A stretch of DNA of 64,000 bases, from the NCBI RefSeq assembly GCF_035084215.1, contig NC_090332.1, forward strand, positions 23,994,001 to 24,058,000. The letters run 5' to 3'. Origin of the DNA: Heptranchias perlo. Its lineage: Eukaryota. Shown piece by piece: positions 39,401 to 51,972 of this stretch. The notes under the pieces were generated by a model that was not told the origin of the DNA, did not search any database, and saw nothing but the letters and a program-made list of their open reading frames with translations. Both the position numbers and the translations under genes were made by a program. The first letter of the stretch is position 1. Each line of letters begins with the position of its first letter.

Positions 39401-39843
39401 AAATCCCAAGGCTTCTTTTCATTAGGTGCACTTACACTCTGCATTATCCCTAACTATCTGTGTTATCTACTTCTGGCCCCTGCCACTGATGACCACGAGG
39501 AAGACATGGAGAGTTAACTTTTTTTCAATGCCTACAGCAATAGCTACCTTAATTAATGTTGTGGTTTTACTAGTTTTATTCTACCAAGTTACAAACAATA
39601 TATTAAAATGTACCTAAAATGAAGTAGAAATGGAGTCATGCTCTTGTTGCCTCTGCCATAGAAAGACTGGCCAATCCCTGATCCAGATAGACCTTGTCAT
39701 CTGATGGATGATGACTCATGGCCTATGAAGATTCAGGGAGCGAGGTAGAGAATTAAAAGAAATGACTTCCTTTCCTTCTAGAAAAAGGTTAAGCAGTAAA
39801 TGTTATTAATCTAAATTTTAAAAAACTGATTAGGGAGACAATA

Positions 39844-39981
39844 GGGTAGATTTTCAATTTAAACGCAAAACTGGTGTTGCGTCTCAACCAGAACGGAAAT
39901 GAAAATCGAGTGATTTCTATAACAGGCGGCCGATTTGCAATGTCAGTTTTACACCTGGGCGGCAAGTTGAAAACCTACTCC
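39844..39981. mobile_element. Short palindromic MITE, same group as 5250 and 12329
   Basis: GGGTAGATTTTCAATTT / AAGTTGAAAACCTACTC ends; internal aacaggcggccgatttgc. Confidence 0.65.
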
Positions 39982-40261
39982 ATTACCTATCTTGTTGGTT
40001 TATTCCTCCCGCTGCCAATTTTCCTCGTCTTTTCCCTTGAAGTTGTTAACCTTGCTGGGATGTGGTTCTTTGGGTGCCAACAGCCTTCTGGTAGCTTATC
40101 CAAGTGGTCATTTTTTCAGAACTGGACTATCGACCTGAAACGTTAACTCTGTTTCTCTCTCCACAGATGCTGTTGGACCTGCTGAGTGCTTCCAGCATTT
40201 TCTGTTTTTGTGTCAGATTTCCAGCATCTGCAGTATTTTGGATTTTGGTCTTTTTTCATAC

Positions 40262-40618
40262 CAGACTAGAAAGCCAGAAGTCAAATCTCACCATGCTAAG
40301 TTGTGAAATTGAATTCAATAAATCTGATAATTTGTGGGCTAGCACAGAAAAAAATAAATCATCTTGAAAGCTGCTGGATTGTTGTAAAAACCCAACTGGA
40401 TCACGAATGCCAGTCAGAGAAGGGAACCTGCCATCCCTATCTGGTCTAGCCTACATATGACTGGTCTACACTACTTAATTGACTCTAAATGCCCACTGAA
40501 GCGACCTAGCAAACCAGTCACTTGTAAAAGCATTTTCTACAGCTATGGCAACTAGGGATAGGCAACAAATGCAGCCATGCTAGTGCCACCAACATCCCAA
40601 GAACAAATGAAAGAAAAA
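40262..40618 (+). mobile_element. SINE-like element whose 3' tail matches the L2/Crack-like LINE
   Basis: 3' end gcaactagggataggcaacaaatgc..caacatcccaagaacaaatgaaagaaaa resembles the LINE tail at 56845-56915; body is non-coding. Confidence 0.55.
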
Positions 40619-42077
40619 TGCCAACCCACATGGTGAATGTCAGCAGATTGCTTACCCTAGAGGGCATCATAGCTTTCCTGTCTTCACCTGACACGAACAT
40701 AAGCAAACTCCTAGCAGGGGTCAGTGGATAGCGATCAGGTGTGAGAACCCTGGTTGATTTTCCCCTCCCTAATCCCAGAGGCACTGAGGCCAAAGGTCAT
40801 ATCCCTACCACTACTATAACTGAGGTCGGCTAACTCAGCAAAGACCAAATCTGAATGATCAGAAGTGCCCTTAGACAATTTAAGAATATGTGATCTACCT
40901 CCCCTGATTGACATAGGTCTTATGCCAAGGAAAGACCTATCAATGCGTTGCGGTATCCACATGTGTAGAACTGTGTAAGATTCTTATTGTATGTTTCTTC
41001 AGGGGCCGATGTAATATATAAAATTACATTGTGACCAAAGAAAAACATGCAGAATCCAATAAAAAAAATAAAATGCAAAAGTTTACACTTTGCTAAGCAT
41101 GTTCAAACAATAAAATAATGTAAATCCAATATTATGACAGCACCAGCACATGGCATTTCAGAGCAAATCTTACATTTTTGATTCATAAAATTTATGGCCA
41201 AGTGAGTGGTTCTCTAATGTAGATTGTGCATTGTGAACATGTTTGCATTGCAGTGCCTGGCTTTGTCAACAGTATGTTTTCTTAAAAAAAGGCAGGATAA
41301 TTAGTGGCTAGTAAATATTTTTATCCAGTGATAAAGCCAGTGGATAATGAACTTGACATCAGCTGCAATTAAAGCTCCTTCAGCCTCACACAACATCAAG
41401 ACAAGTATATTTAGTGGTACACTTCCACAGATAAATGTAGCCTGAGATTATAGAAGATGTACTGATTTAATCATCATTTCATCAGTGATTATCCAAACCA
41501 GCTCTACAGCAGTAGCTGTTAATTAATGTCTGAGATAAATATGTTGGGGGATTAAACAGCTTTTGGTAAATGGGAAAGTATGATGGATCCAGCCTGTATC
41601 TTTAATACCCTGTTTAGTTTGTCAAACAAATGTTGGATTTGCATTCTAATTCTGCCAAATTTGACGTTCATTTGAACACTATGAATTCCACCAGGATATT
41701 GAATTGGCCTCGTCCTACTTCAGATCCTGGCCTTTCGCCCTGCCTGATTTGGCGTCCCATTCGCTAAATGAGAAGATAGGCTCCACACCTGAATCTTACG
41801 GGAATACAAAGTAGTCAGGGAAAACAAAGGCAATTTTCTCCCCTTATCTGTAAGTTTGGAAAAGTGACTCTAATATAAATGGAATGGTATTTCAAGTTGT
41901 AGAAATATGGATCCACAAATTGTACAAAATGTGGTGTCTGATCACGAACAGTTAACATAGTATAGCAACACAGGAACATAGGAACAGGAGTAGGCCATTC
42001 AGCCCCTCAAGCCTGTGTGGCTTCAAAACCTATTCTTGACTGATGCTGGAACCTGGCTGCCCCAGTGGCTAAGTTTT

Positions 42078-42302
42078 GACAAATGTAAGGAATCTTACAA
42101 CACCAGGTTATAGTCCAACAAATTTATTTTAAAATCACAAGCTTTCGGAGATTATCCCCTTCGTCAGGTGAATGAGTCACCTGACGAAGGGGATAATCTC
42201 CGAAAGCTTGTGATTTCAAAATAAATTTGTTGGACTATAACCTGGTGTTGTAAGATTCCTTACATTTGTCCACCCCAGTCCATCACCGGCATCTCCACAT
42301 CA
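42078..42302. mobile_element. Penelope-like terminal inverted duplication with 11-bp direct repeat
   Basis: 94-bp arms 42078-42171 and 42177-42270 (1 mismatch), spacer ATGAG, 32-bp extension. TAAGTTTTGAC at 42070-42080 and 42303-42313. Arms are homologous to the Penelope B terminus at 33880-33963. Confidence 0.9.
42177..42213 (+). ncRNA. Minimal hammerhead ribozyme (mirror copy on the minus strand at 42135-42171)
   Basis: TCAC-CTGACGA-A-GGGGA-TAA-TCTCC-GAAA-GC-TT-GTGA. Confidence 0.72.
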
Positions 42303-44639
42303 TAAGTTTTGACGGATCTTGGTCATGCTTTTTCACTTTGTATATTGTACCTTGTCCTTTCAGCCTGGGATGGTGCTTGTTGCAGGAAAACACAACAAGG
42401 AAGAAAGGAGAAAACTTAAGTTAAAAAAGGAGCCTCACCCTCATCAAATAGGAAGTAATTGAACCATCATTAGACATGATTCGAACAAATACAACTGCTT
42501 TGAGAGGGTTGGTTCCATCATTGCAGGTGATAGTAAACCCAATTAAATGTTTCGCAAGACATTTTACCAAATTATGCCAACTGTTTAAAACACTGACATT
42601 CCGTAAGGAAAATTTATGACAGTGATATTTTAATAGCTGCTTGAAAACTAAACAAAGTGGAAGCAAAATGTTCACATGCAAACTAATGCAGCTGGGAGGG
42701 GAGCACTTTTATTCCTAATACAAATTAACTTCTGATGTTTACAATGGGATAACAGATATAATGTTTAAACAATGTCTTCTCTCTCTACAGCTTGCTACAA
42801 AACATATTACTTTAATGGATATCTGTGTTATGCTTACGAGGTGCTTTGAAATGCTGATTCCGGTACTTAATTACTGAGCTTTGGGTGATCTGGAGTCTTT
42901 GGGCGACATCTGTTAAACACAAACTGTCATCTGTCTGTTTGGGATATGTCAAGAGGATGGATATCAGAATGATCCTGTCAGAGTCTAGAGGGCTGACATG
43001 CATGGAAATGTGTCTTGAGTGTGTGGACTGCATATCAATAGTTAATTTAAGATTGATTGTTTCTGAAAGCAGCACTTTTTGACTCCTAAGATCATGTGAT
43101 AGATCATATAAAATCCCCACATCCATACCAGTGACTGTAGACCTTGTTTTGTTAAAAAAAAATTCAACCTTCTCTCCTGATGGCAGTGCCATGGTTCTTC
43201 AGTGCCGACAGCCCGCTGGTACCTCAGTCTGAACCTTGACAGTGAGTATCAGCAGGCTGCTTTGCCAGCGAGGGTTATCATAACTGTGCCCGGTACTGTC
43301 CTCACTTGACATTCACACGTGCACCATCACTAGATAGCACTCAGGAACAAGATCTCTGGGTGTTTATTTTGTTCTCTGCCACAGTCCAGTGGCAATGAAG
43401 CCAATTGTAGGACCCCACCTGTTACCTTGGTTGAGACCAGCTAACTCAGCACCCGCCCAGGGTTCGAACTTGGGACATTCTTGGTCTGTATGGTTCAGTT
43501 TCACACCAGACAGGGCGCCGATACAGTATAATAGCAGCCTTTCAAATTGCCCTCTCTCACACCAACATTTTTAACACCAGTTACACTTATTTCATCTTTG
43601 TTACAATTTCCACTTTTGAAAGCTGTACAAACAATGAACATTGTTCCTTTTTTGTTACTGTTCCTCGATTCTCACAGCAGCCAGCCCACCTCCTCACTGA
43701 GCTCTCCAGCTGCATGTGACCACATCACAGTACTATGACTGTGCACTATGAAGCTTTCCCATGGTAGTCCCCACGGAATAAAGCCATTTTGGTACCTCAC
43801 TCTTCAAACAAATAACGCAGTGGGGTTTGGTGAGTTACAGAAAAAAATAAATCACCAGTGAGTCAGGGCTACATAACACAATGAATGGAATCACCACGTG
43901 GGTCGTAATTTTGCGAGTAACTCATTGGACCAACTTTGATTTTCTGCTCAGCTTGGTCTGAGGCAAGTTAACAATTGCTGCTTGAAATGACCGTTGACAG
44001 GAGCACGAGGAGGATTCAATTGATCTGTGCGGGCTACTGGGCCGAGAATGTTCCAGCTTCTTTAGGAATCTATCCTTTTGTCTGCTGTAAAGGATGGATT
44101 CCTGAAGCAGCTTCCCTTGTCGGCACAACCTGGCATCACAATGTCATCTGGTGGTTGCCTGAGCTGAAGACACCCTGCCTGTCTCGAAACTTATAGATTC
44201 TATATAATTTATTAACGTTGTCGCTGTACGGCAGCTGAGATAGTGAGGAGGAGGGAAAGGAGCTGATTTGCTGTTTTTGTTGCTTCTTTGGTCTTACAAA
44301 GAATTTTTAAATTTGAGGTATCGGATAATGCCAGTAAATTATATGTGGCAGCTTCATTTTTAGAAAAAAAATTCCGTCTTCCTATTTTTTCTCTTCCTCT
44401 TTAGGCCCCCCTTTTCCTGTCACCACAGACCATACGCCAGACCAAAACGGCACATCAGAACCAATAGTGCCTTCACAATAGAGAGTGAGTCAGGCAGACA
44501 TGTGCTGGTAACATCAGGGGATCTCCAAGGAGAAGATCCACTACCTGGAACAGACGTGTGAACGAGCTGACATTGCCAAAATGCATCCGATCATTTCCTC
44601 TTTGGGATGGATATTTTAAGGGCTCAGTGAAGCATTCAT

Positions 44640-47085
44640 GGCAAAAAAGAAAATATCCATCATTACATGCCTCTTCTTTTCAATAGAGGCCAAATGACCC
44701 TAGGACAAACAGGAGGTAAATCCTGAACTGGTTAAAAGTAAGGTGAGAGTTATTACAATAAATAAAAGGAATGTATTAGTGAAGTTACTTAAGCTAAAAG
44801 AAGACAAATTGCCAGGACCTGAGGGGATACATCCGAGGATCGTAATGGAAATTGGGACAGAAATAGCAGAGGTCCCAGAAATTATATTTCAGGGTCATTT
44901 GAGAATGGATGTGTGCTGGAGGACCGGAGAGTGTCCAATGTAGTACCCATTTTCAAGAAGAGAGACAGAGTTGACCTGGATAATTACAGGACTGTTTAGT
45001 TAACATCTGCTGTAGGGAAAATTTTGGAATCTTCAATTAAAGATGAAATTATTAAATATCTAGATGAAGAGAAAATAATTAGAAATAGTCAACACGGATT
45101 TCAAAAAGGAAGATCGGGCTTGACAAACCTGATAGAGCTCTTTGGAGATGTCACATATATACTGGATGGGGGATATCATGTACATGGACTTTCCAAAAGA
45201 CTTTGACAAGGGACCATGCAGGAGACTAGTGTAGAAGATTAAGGGATATGGAATTAGGAAAATGGTATCAAATTGGATTAAAAACTGGTTAGAACGGAGG
45301 AAACAGAGAGCAAGAGTTAAGGGCAGTTTCAGAGTGGTTGGAAGTGGGTACAGTGTCTGTTCTGTTCTGGGACTGCTTCTATTCACTGTGTACATAAATG
45401 ATTTTGATATAGGGCTACAGGGACAGGTGTCCAAATTTACAGATGATATTAAAGTATGGTAAATAATACTGAGGAGCAAAGGAAGCTGCAAGTGGATATT
45501 GATAAGATGGTGGATTGGGGGAAAGCTGGGTGATGTGGAAGAGCAGAGGGACTTGGGGGTTCAGGTTTACAAGTGAGAGGAAGCATCTGATTGGAAGAGT
45601 TGAGTACTGATTGAAAGTGTTTGTTGGTAGGTGGGTGATGGGGGGGTGTAGTGCGTGGAGCAGTGGATGCGTCTAGTGGTGTAGTTGGTTGGAAATGCCA
45701 CCTGACAGTTGAACTCACGCACCTTGACCACTCGTGTCAAAACACTGAGCTGCATCCATATTCGTGGTGCTATGCTCCTGGCATTGACCTCGTCCTCTAC
45801 TGCCTTCCACTGCCTGGGGAGCATATGTCTGGAGGACCTCTTCCCCCCACTGCACATATAGGATGCCCCGCCTTCTGTCCACCTCTTAACCAAGGTCTCT
45901 AGTGCATCATCAGAGAACCTTGGTGCGCGTTCTCTCGCAGGCCTGGTACAAGCTCAGATCGGCAGATTGGTGAGGTCTGTGCAGATAGGAGAATGTGGCA
46001 ACCTTTATTCAATGTTTTAAAATAAATCAACAGTTTCAAACATAAGGACGAGACCTGCATCTGTATTATACGTGTGCGATTTCTGATCGTCGTTCAGACT
46101 CCGTTCAGACCTTATATTTTGAAAATATCAGAGCCCCGCAAACCTTGAGCAGCCAAGTTGTTGCTCATTAAAAATTCCAGAGTTCCCATCATCACTATAT
46201 TGCAGCACAGAGTCACTTCACAATTGACTTCCACCACTTCCTGCAGCCCCAGTGCACCTCCCCTTTAAGAGGTGCAGGCTGTCTTTAAGTGATGCTAGCC
46301 ACTCCCGACATCTGGGCCCCCAGCTGGTGCGTGCAGTCACTCTACAGCGCAGGAAGTGCTGGCTGCACGCAGCAATCACTGAAATCACCAGGCAGCACAA
46401 ATGTTACGTGGTGCCTGCATCTCAACAACCAGGCGCAGGTTAATCGTGCACCGCGATTCCACTGCCCGTTCTCGGGGTTTAACCAATTTACCCCAACGGA
46501 ATATGAAAGTCAAGGCGTAATGGTGAATCCAAATAAAACTTTAGAAAGACCATAGTTGTACTACTGTGTGCAGTTTTGGGATCCACACTACAGGAAGAGT
46601 GTTGAGGCATTAGAAAGGGTGCAGTGCAGGTTCACTAAGATGCTGCCTGGTATGAGGAAATACAAGGACAAAGAAAGACTTGAAAAATGGGAGCTGTTTT
46701 CATTGGAACAAAGGAGATTAAGGGGTGATTTGATAAAGATGGAACAGATTAGATAGAAACAAATTGTTTCTAATGATTGAGGGGTCTAGAACAGGAGGAT
46801 TTAGATATAAGATTAAATGAAAGAGATTTAGGACAGAGAGCAGGAGAAATATTTTTTACACAGAAGGTCGTGAGGCTGTGGAATGCATTACTGGAGCTAG
46901 TAATTGAAGCAGAGATTATGTCAACATTTAAGAATAAGTTGATAGGTGGTTGAAAGTAAAGGAAATAACAAGATATGGGAACAGACAGGCACATGGAATT
47001 AAGACTACTGCTTACATAGAGGATAAAGACCAACGCGGACTGGTTAAGCCAAGTGGCCTCTTTCCGTGTTGTAATTTCTATGTAA
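44640..47085 (+). mobile_element. Old CR1 LINE ORF2 fragments (44640-45570 plus 46495-47085) split by a Harbinger fragment
   Basis: KLPGPEGIHPRIV, IRNSQHGFQKGRSGLTNLIELF, YCVQFWDPHYRK..LFSLEQRRLRGDLI; tail gtaatttctatgt. Confidence 0.82.
45570..46494. mobile_element. Partial Harbinger non-autonomous copy (Myb exon and right end)
   Basis: Homologous to 9680-10334; ends CCAATTTACCCC; minus ORF ..RQWKAVEDEVNARSIAPRIWMQ. Confidence 0.8.
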
Positions 47086-47209
47086 AAAAACCCCCAGAAA
47101 ATCTAGCGTGTGTTTCAATCATTTTGCATCTGTCTTTGACACTGAGAGTACAAGTAAGGCAACTACCAGGGAACAGCACAGAATCCGCTTTTATACTGGT
47201 GCTTGTTTA

Positions 47210-47404
47210 GGTTGCATTCTGGGAGACGGGTGTCTCTGAGCCTGCTCCCATAATTTACATTACTAAATCCGGCTCCTTTATCACGGCAGCACAATCTTAG
47301 AGCCATTTTATTTATGGGTCTGTAACTCTGCTGCTGGGATAAGGGAGATGGATTTAGTAACGTAAACATCAGGAGCTGGGTCACAGACATTCAGGAATCC
47401 AACC
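47210..47404. mobile_element. ~195-bp fold-back MITE
   Basis: tttacattactaaatcc..ctcctttatcacggcagc is inverted to gctgctgggataagggag..ggatttagtaacgtaaa; the pairing extends out to ggttgcattc / gaatccaacc. Confidence 0.7.
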
Positions 47405-49015
47405 AGTATTAAAATATCTTAAGAGCCAGTCTCACCCATCTGGCAGCTGAAGAGCTATCAGCCATTAATTGAAATGTGTATCCTTTTATTGTTTCCCCCC
47501 CCCCCCACCGAACATATTGACCCCTTGCCATGGATGCTGGTCATCCTTGTCTCACCTTGTCCACACGTTCCTTTATTCAATGTACGAACCAGTGAATGAA
47601 CCCTGGATGACTTTTTCCTCCCTCCAGGGGTGCTGATGTTAATTGTAGTACCCCTAAGGTTGTCCTGCCAGCTAACATCAACAAAGAAGCTGGGACCTTC
47701 CTGGTCTTTATGACTCAGTTATTCACTGCTTTAACCAGCTGAGCCATCTGGGCAACACACATTTACTGTTGAAAAAAATATTATTTCTGTAGTTTAAAAA
47801 GAAATCCCCTTTATCTCCTAGTTCCCTAGGCCACGTGTTGCACTGTGCTTGAGAAGTCAAATGGGCACTGTGGAGATCTCCAGTCTCCACTAGTGTTATC
47901 CTGTGGTCAACTGGGGAGCATTTGAGGAAGTGCAACTTGAAATTTCTGATGGCTTTTCACTGTCTTTAGTCTGCTAGGTACCTTGTCTCTGTTTAGTGAT
48001 GCACCTGGAGATCCAAGGGAGATCTATGGCCTGCTGTCCGTGTGGAACTATGTATAAATATCACTGAGGATGTGATTTGAACTCCTGAAGTCTGGTCTAC
48101 TGATCCATGGCACGTTGGAACAATAACCTTCCACCCAATGCGCACCATTATTTCAAGTTTTCAATTAAATCAGTTTGCTATAATCAGAAAGAAATATAAA
48201 ATTCTGATTTTCACTGAGGGTGGCAGTAGCCCTTTTAACTTATTAGGTCGTCTTCCCCTTTCTTGGGTCAGGCTGCACCATGAACCACCTCTGCGATTGT
48301 CGCACTGTTGGCTCCCAATGTGCAAGAGTGACCTGGGAATGACCTCCGATTTTCCTTTTTCTCCACGAATCTCCCTTTCAGTGCCCCTTGTTAAAAAATC
48401 AAGTTAAATGAATTATGTTATACTTTAGCATCCTTGGGAAGAGAGGGAATATGTTTTTCTTGATTTTGTTTTTGAATGTTTGCTTTAACACATCAACATA
48501 GTGACATAATCAGGGGAACAGTCCGGGAGAAGTTATTGATGCAGACAATGAGTGAGAGCTGAAGAGAACATCCATGATATAACAAGAAGCACTTACTTAG
48601 ATTAATAACTCTAGCTCGAGCTCAGCTCTGTCGGTTGGCAAACCAGTAACTACCGCTTAGTCATCAAGACTTAGCTGTTATATAAAAATACTCTGTGAAA
48701 AAAACAGATTCCCGATGGCTTAGTGGTTTAAAGCACGACTGGGGTAGTATTGAGACTTAGCAACGAGAATATTCCAGTTTTGTTAAAAAGGGAAAAAACC
48801 CCTGCAAATTCTGGAAACCTGAAATAAAACAGAAAATGCTGGTAATAGTTTTAATCCCTGGTTTGTGGTGGCTGATCTGATCTCAGCTGGGATGGCACAT
48901 GTTGTGCTACTGTTAGCCTCAGCCTTCCGGGCTAGAGAGAGGAAAATCACCCAAGGTTCCTACCTCTGATCACTATCCACTGACCCCTACTAGAATTGCA
49001 CATGAGTGGATGTCA

Positions 49016-49429
49016 GGCTCTGAATTTCCTCACAGCCTGCGGCACAATCCCAACCGGGTGAGCAGCAAGGAATTGGGTGGGACCTTGAAAGCATGGGTCT
49101 CCGTCCTGAAGAGCGCTGAATGGGATATCCTGTTGGGAGCTAGGGTGTGTGCAAGTTCTGTCTGCCCGACAGATGGCTTGGTGTAGGAAAGGAATCTGGG
49201 CCAGCGGGGTGGCACCACTTGCCAGAACTTCCACTGCTCCTGCCTCCTATGCACCCAGTGACCTGGAAGTTGCATAAGATACCAGTGTCCAATTTGGTCA
49301 ATTGAGGGGTGTAAGTGGGGTCCACAGGGGTGTCCAGGCCTGCAACACCCCAGAAAAATGGAATGATAACAGTGAAATCGGCCTTCTAATGAAGAGGGCT
49401 GATTCCACTGAGTTTTAAAATTCAGCCCA
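49016..49429. mobile_element. Possible MITE inserted in an old SINE-like repeat
   Basis: ggctctgaattt / aaattcagccc ends; the SINE-like consensus stops at 49015 and resumes near 49570. Confidence 0.4.
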
Positions 49430-51607
49430 AGCGGCTATGTTACATTTTGCACCCCCCCCCCCTCTTCTTGTGGGCACCCAAGATGCAGTCATACTGGCAT
49501 GATGCCCGCTGAAGTTAATGATATTAGTTGACCCACCCTGACCTCGGATACTGCAGATTTACAATCTCATAGTGTTTAGGCTCAAGCATGAAGAATGGCA
49601 CTCGAGTGAAGTACCAGGGGGCTAACAGCACTCCTGGAACTGTAACCCAGCAAAAGTCAGTGCTTTCAGGATAGGAGGAAGGGTGGGGAGAAAGCTATGG
49701 GAACAAAAGAAAGAAACATAAGAGAACGATCAGGGTTAATTATAATTCTTTTTAATGGTCTATTTTTAAATGGGAGGGGGCACTGAAAGTGTGACTTGCT
49801 CTTTAAATATTCAGATCCTTAATACACTAAAGAGTAAAATAGCAAAGTAGGTACAGCTTATGAAAACATTCTGTGCTGTTTTTCCTTACATTGCCACACC
49901 TTTGCTTTAAGCTGTAGTTACTCCCTAACACTCAGACTGGTGCGGTGTGTAATCTTGTTGCAACACTTCCAATTAAAGTAGTAATGCAAGATATAATTTA
50001 GGCATATCAAGCCATTGTCAGCTGTTGAAAATTGTCTTGAGCAACCCTTCATGTACGTCACAAATGGGTTAAGGACGAGGAAACTATTAATTAATTTGTT
50101 CTACTAAATGCCAGTTGTTAAATCGTCGGGACACTCAGCAAGCTTTAACCCTTTCATTAGCACAGCTTAAACAAGACGCACCATGAACAACCTCAATATA
50201 TAGAGGAAACGTGTCAGGACTGTGGGAGTATCACAGCTGAGCCTAATCCTGTTCTCACCTGTCATCCACGCATATGCACCATCCATCAAGGCCACAAGAT
50301 AGCAACCACCAGCAAGAACTCGGGCTGAATTTTCCCCTCCCTAACCCTGGAGCACTGAATCCACGTGTGATGCCCCTACCATTGCCCTGGCTGAGATCAA
50401 CCAACTCAGCACTGATCAGGGATCAAACCTAAAACCTTTCTGGTGTCTGGCTCAGATCTACACCAGTCATTATATCTATTCATTGGCCTATTCGAAAGCT
50501 TGTACTGGAGGGGAATTCAGATGAGATCACTAAGGAGAAGGGGAGAAACTACTTTCAAGAGAGAGCTTTAATCTAAAAAACTACCCATGAGCCAGTGTTA
50601 CAAATAGCAGGTGTATCTATCATTACATAGAGTCTGGAGACCAGGTTATAATTTCACTTATGATGGGTAAGAACCCTATAATATAAAGAAAGGTGATAGA
50701 TGATATGAGGAAGGTAAGTATAGAAGGTGGTTTGGAACAACAAATGGATGTAATATGAATAGATATCGGAAACCCAAATAGTTTAATGAGCGACGTTTGT
50801 GGATGTGGGAGGAGAGAGAAGAGGTGAGGTAAAAAAGTGGGTGAAATAATGAGATGTTAAGTTAGCTAGAAGGAAATTACAAAAATAAAAGCTTTTTGAA
50901 GTTTTATACAGTTTGCTGAGTAATAAATTATTTGATGATTGTGGTTGATGGGAGCATGGGTAGCTAATTTTTAAAAACTGGGAGCAGGGTGGCATAGCAA
51001 CCGTAACTACTTAATGTTAAAATAACGAGGAGCGGGAGCAGACAGGGCAGTGGCCATTATCTTAAACTAACATACCATCTTTCGTTACATAATGGGTCCT
51101 TATCTACACCTAATCCAGAATCCAACCATCAGGGTAGACAACTGCTAACATTCTCCTTCTATCATGCCTTATCCTACACCGCACAACCCCTACCAGATGA
51201 AACCACAGCCCTGTTTCATCTCCACAAATAGGGCTCATGAACTATAACCCTTCAGCCCAATCCACACCAGTGTGAAACATCAAATTTAACTGACAGTGCA
51301 CCATGCACAAAACTCCTACAACGCCACCAAATATAACAACAGGATCACCCACACAACCCACCCTCACCCCCACTAATCAACACACGAAGAACCTAATTCT
51401 TCCACCGATGCCACTTTTAATTTAAAAATATTAAAATCATTCAAAATCAGCACTTTCATTGCTATCACTAACTTAAAGTCTGTTCTTGGGTTATGGCCGC
51501 AAATGCAGTTATAGGGCTTCCTTAGCTGTGAGGGCAGGGGAAAATTTTTACAGGTTAGATTTAATAGGCCTCGGGCAGGTGGTGCTGATGAGAATAGTAC
51601 GACAGTG

Positions 51608-51972
51608 ACATAGGAACATAAGAACAGGAGTAGGCCATTCAGCCGCTCGAGCCTGTTCCGCCATTCAATGAGATTGTGGCTGATCTGTAACCTAACTCCA
51701 TCCACCTGCCTTGGCTTCATATCCCTTAATACACTTGGCTAGCAAAAATCTATTGATCTCTGATTTAAAATTATTAATTGAGCTAGCATCTGTTGGTTTT
51801 TTGGGGAGAGAGTCCCAAACTACTACCACCCTTTGTGTGAAGAAGTGTTCCCTGACTTCTCTACGAATGGCCTGGCTCTGATCTTAAGGGTAAATCCCTT
51901 TGCCCTAGACTCCCCCACCAGCGGAAAAAGTTTCTCCCTATCTACCCTATCAATTCCTTTCAAAACCCTAAA
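51608..51972 (-). mobile_element. CR1 LINE 3' fragment
   Basis: cataggaacataagaacaggagtaggccattcagccgctcgagcctg.. reverse tail; FTQRVVVVWDSL-type motif. Confidence 0.8.

Noticed and set aside
44219-44240. REST/NRSE-like motif
   Set aside because: Needs a gap and several mismatches; the half-site near 38105 lacks its partner.
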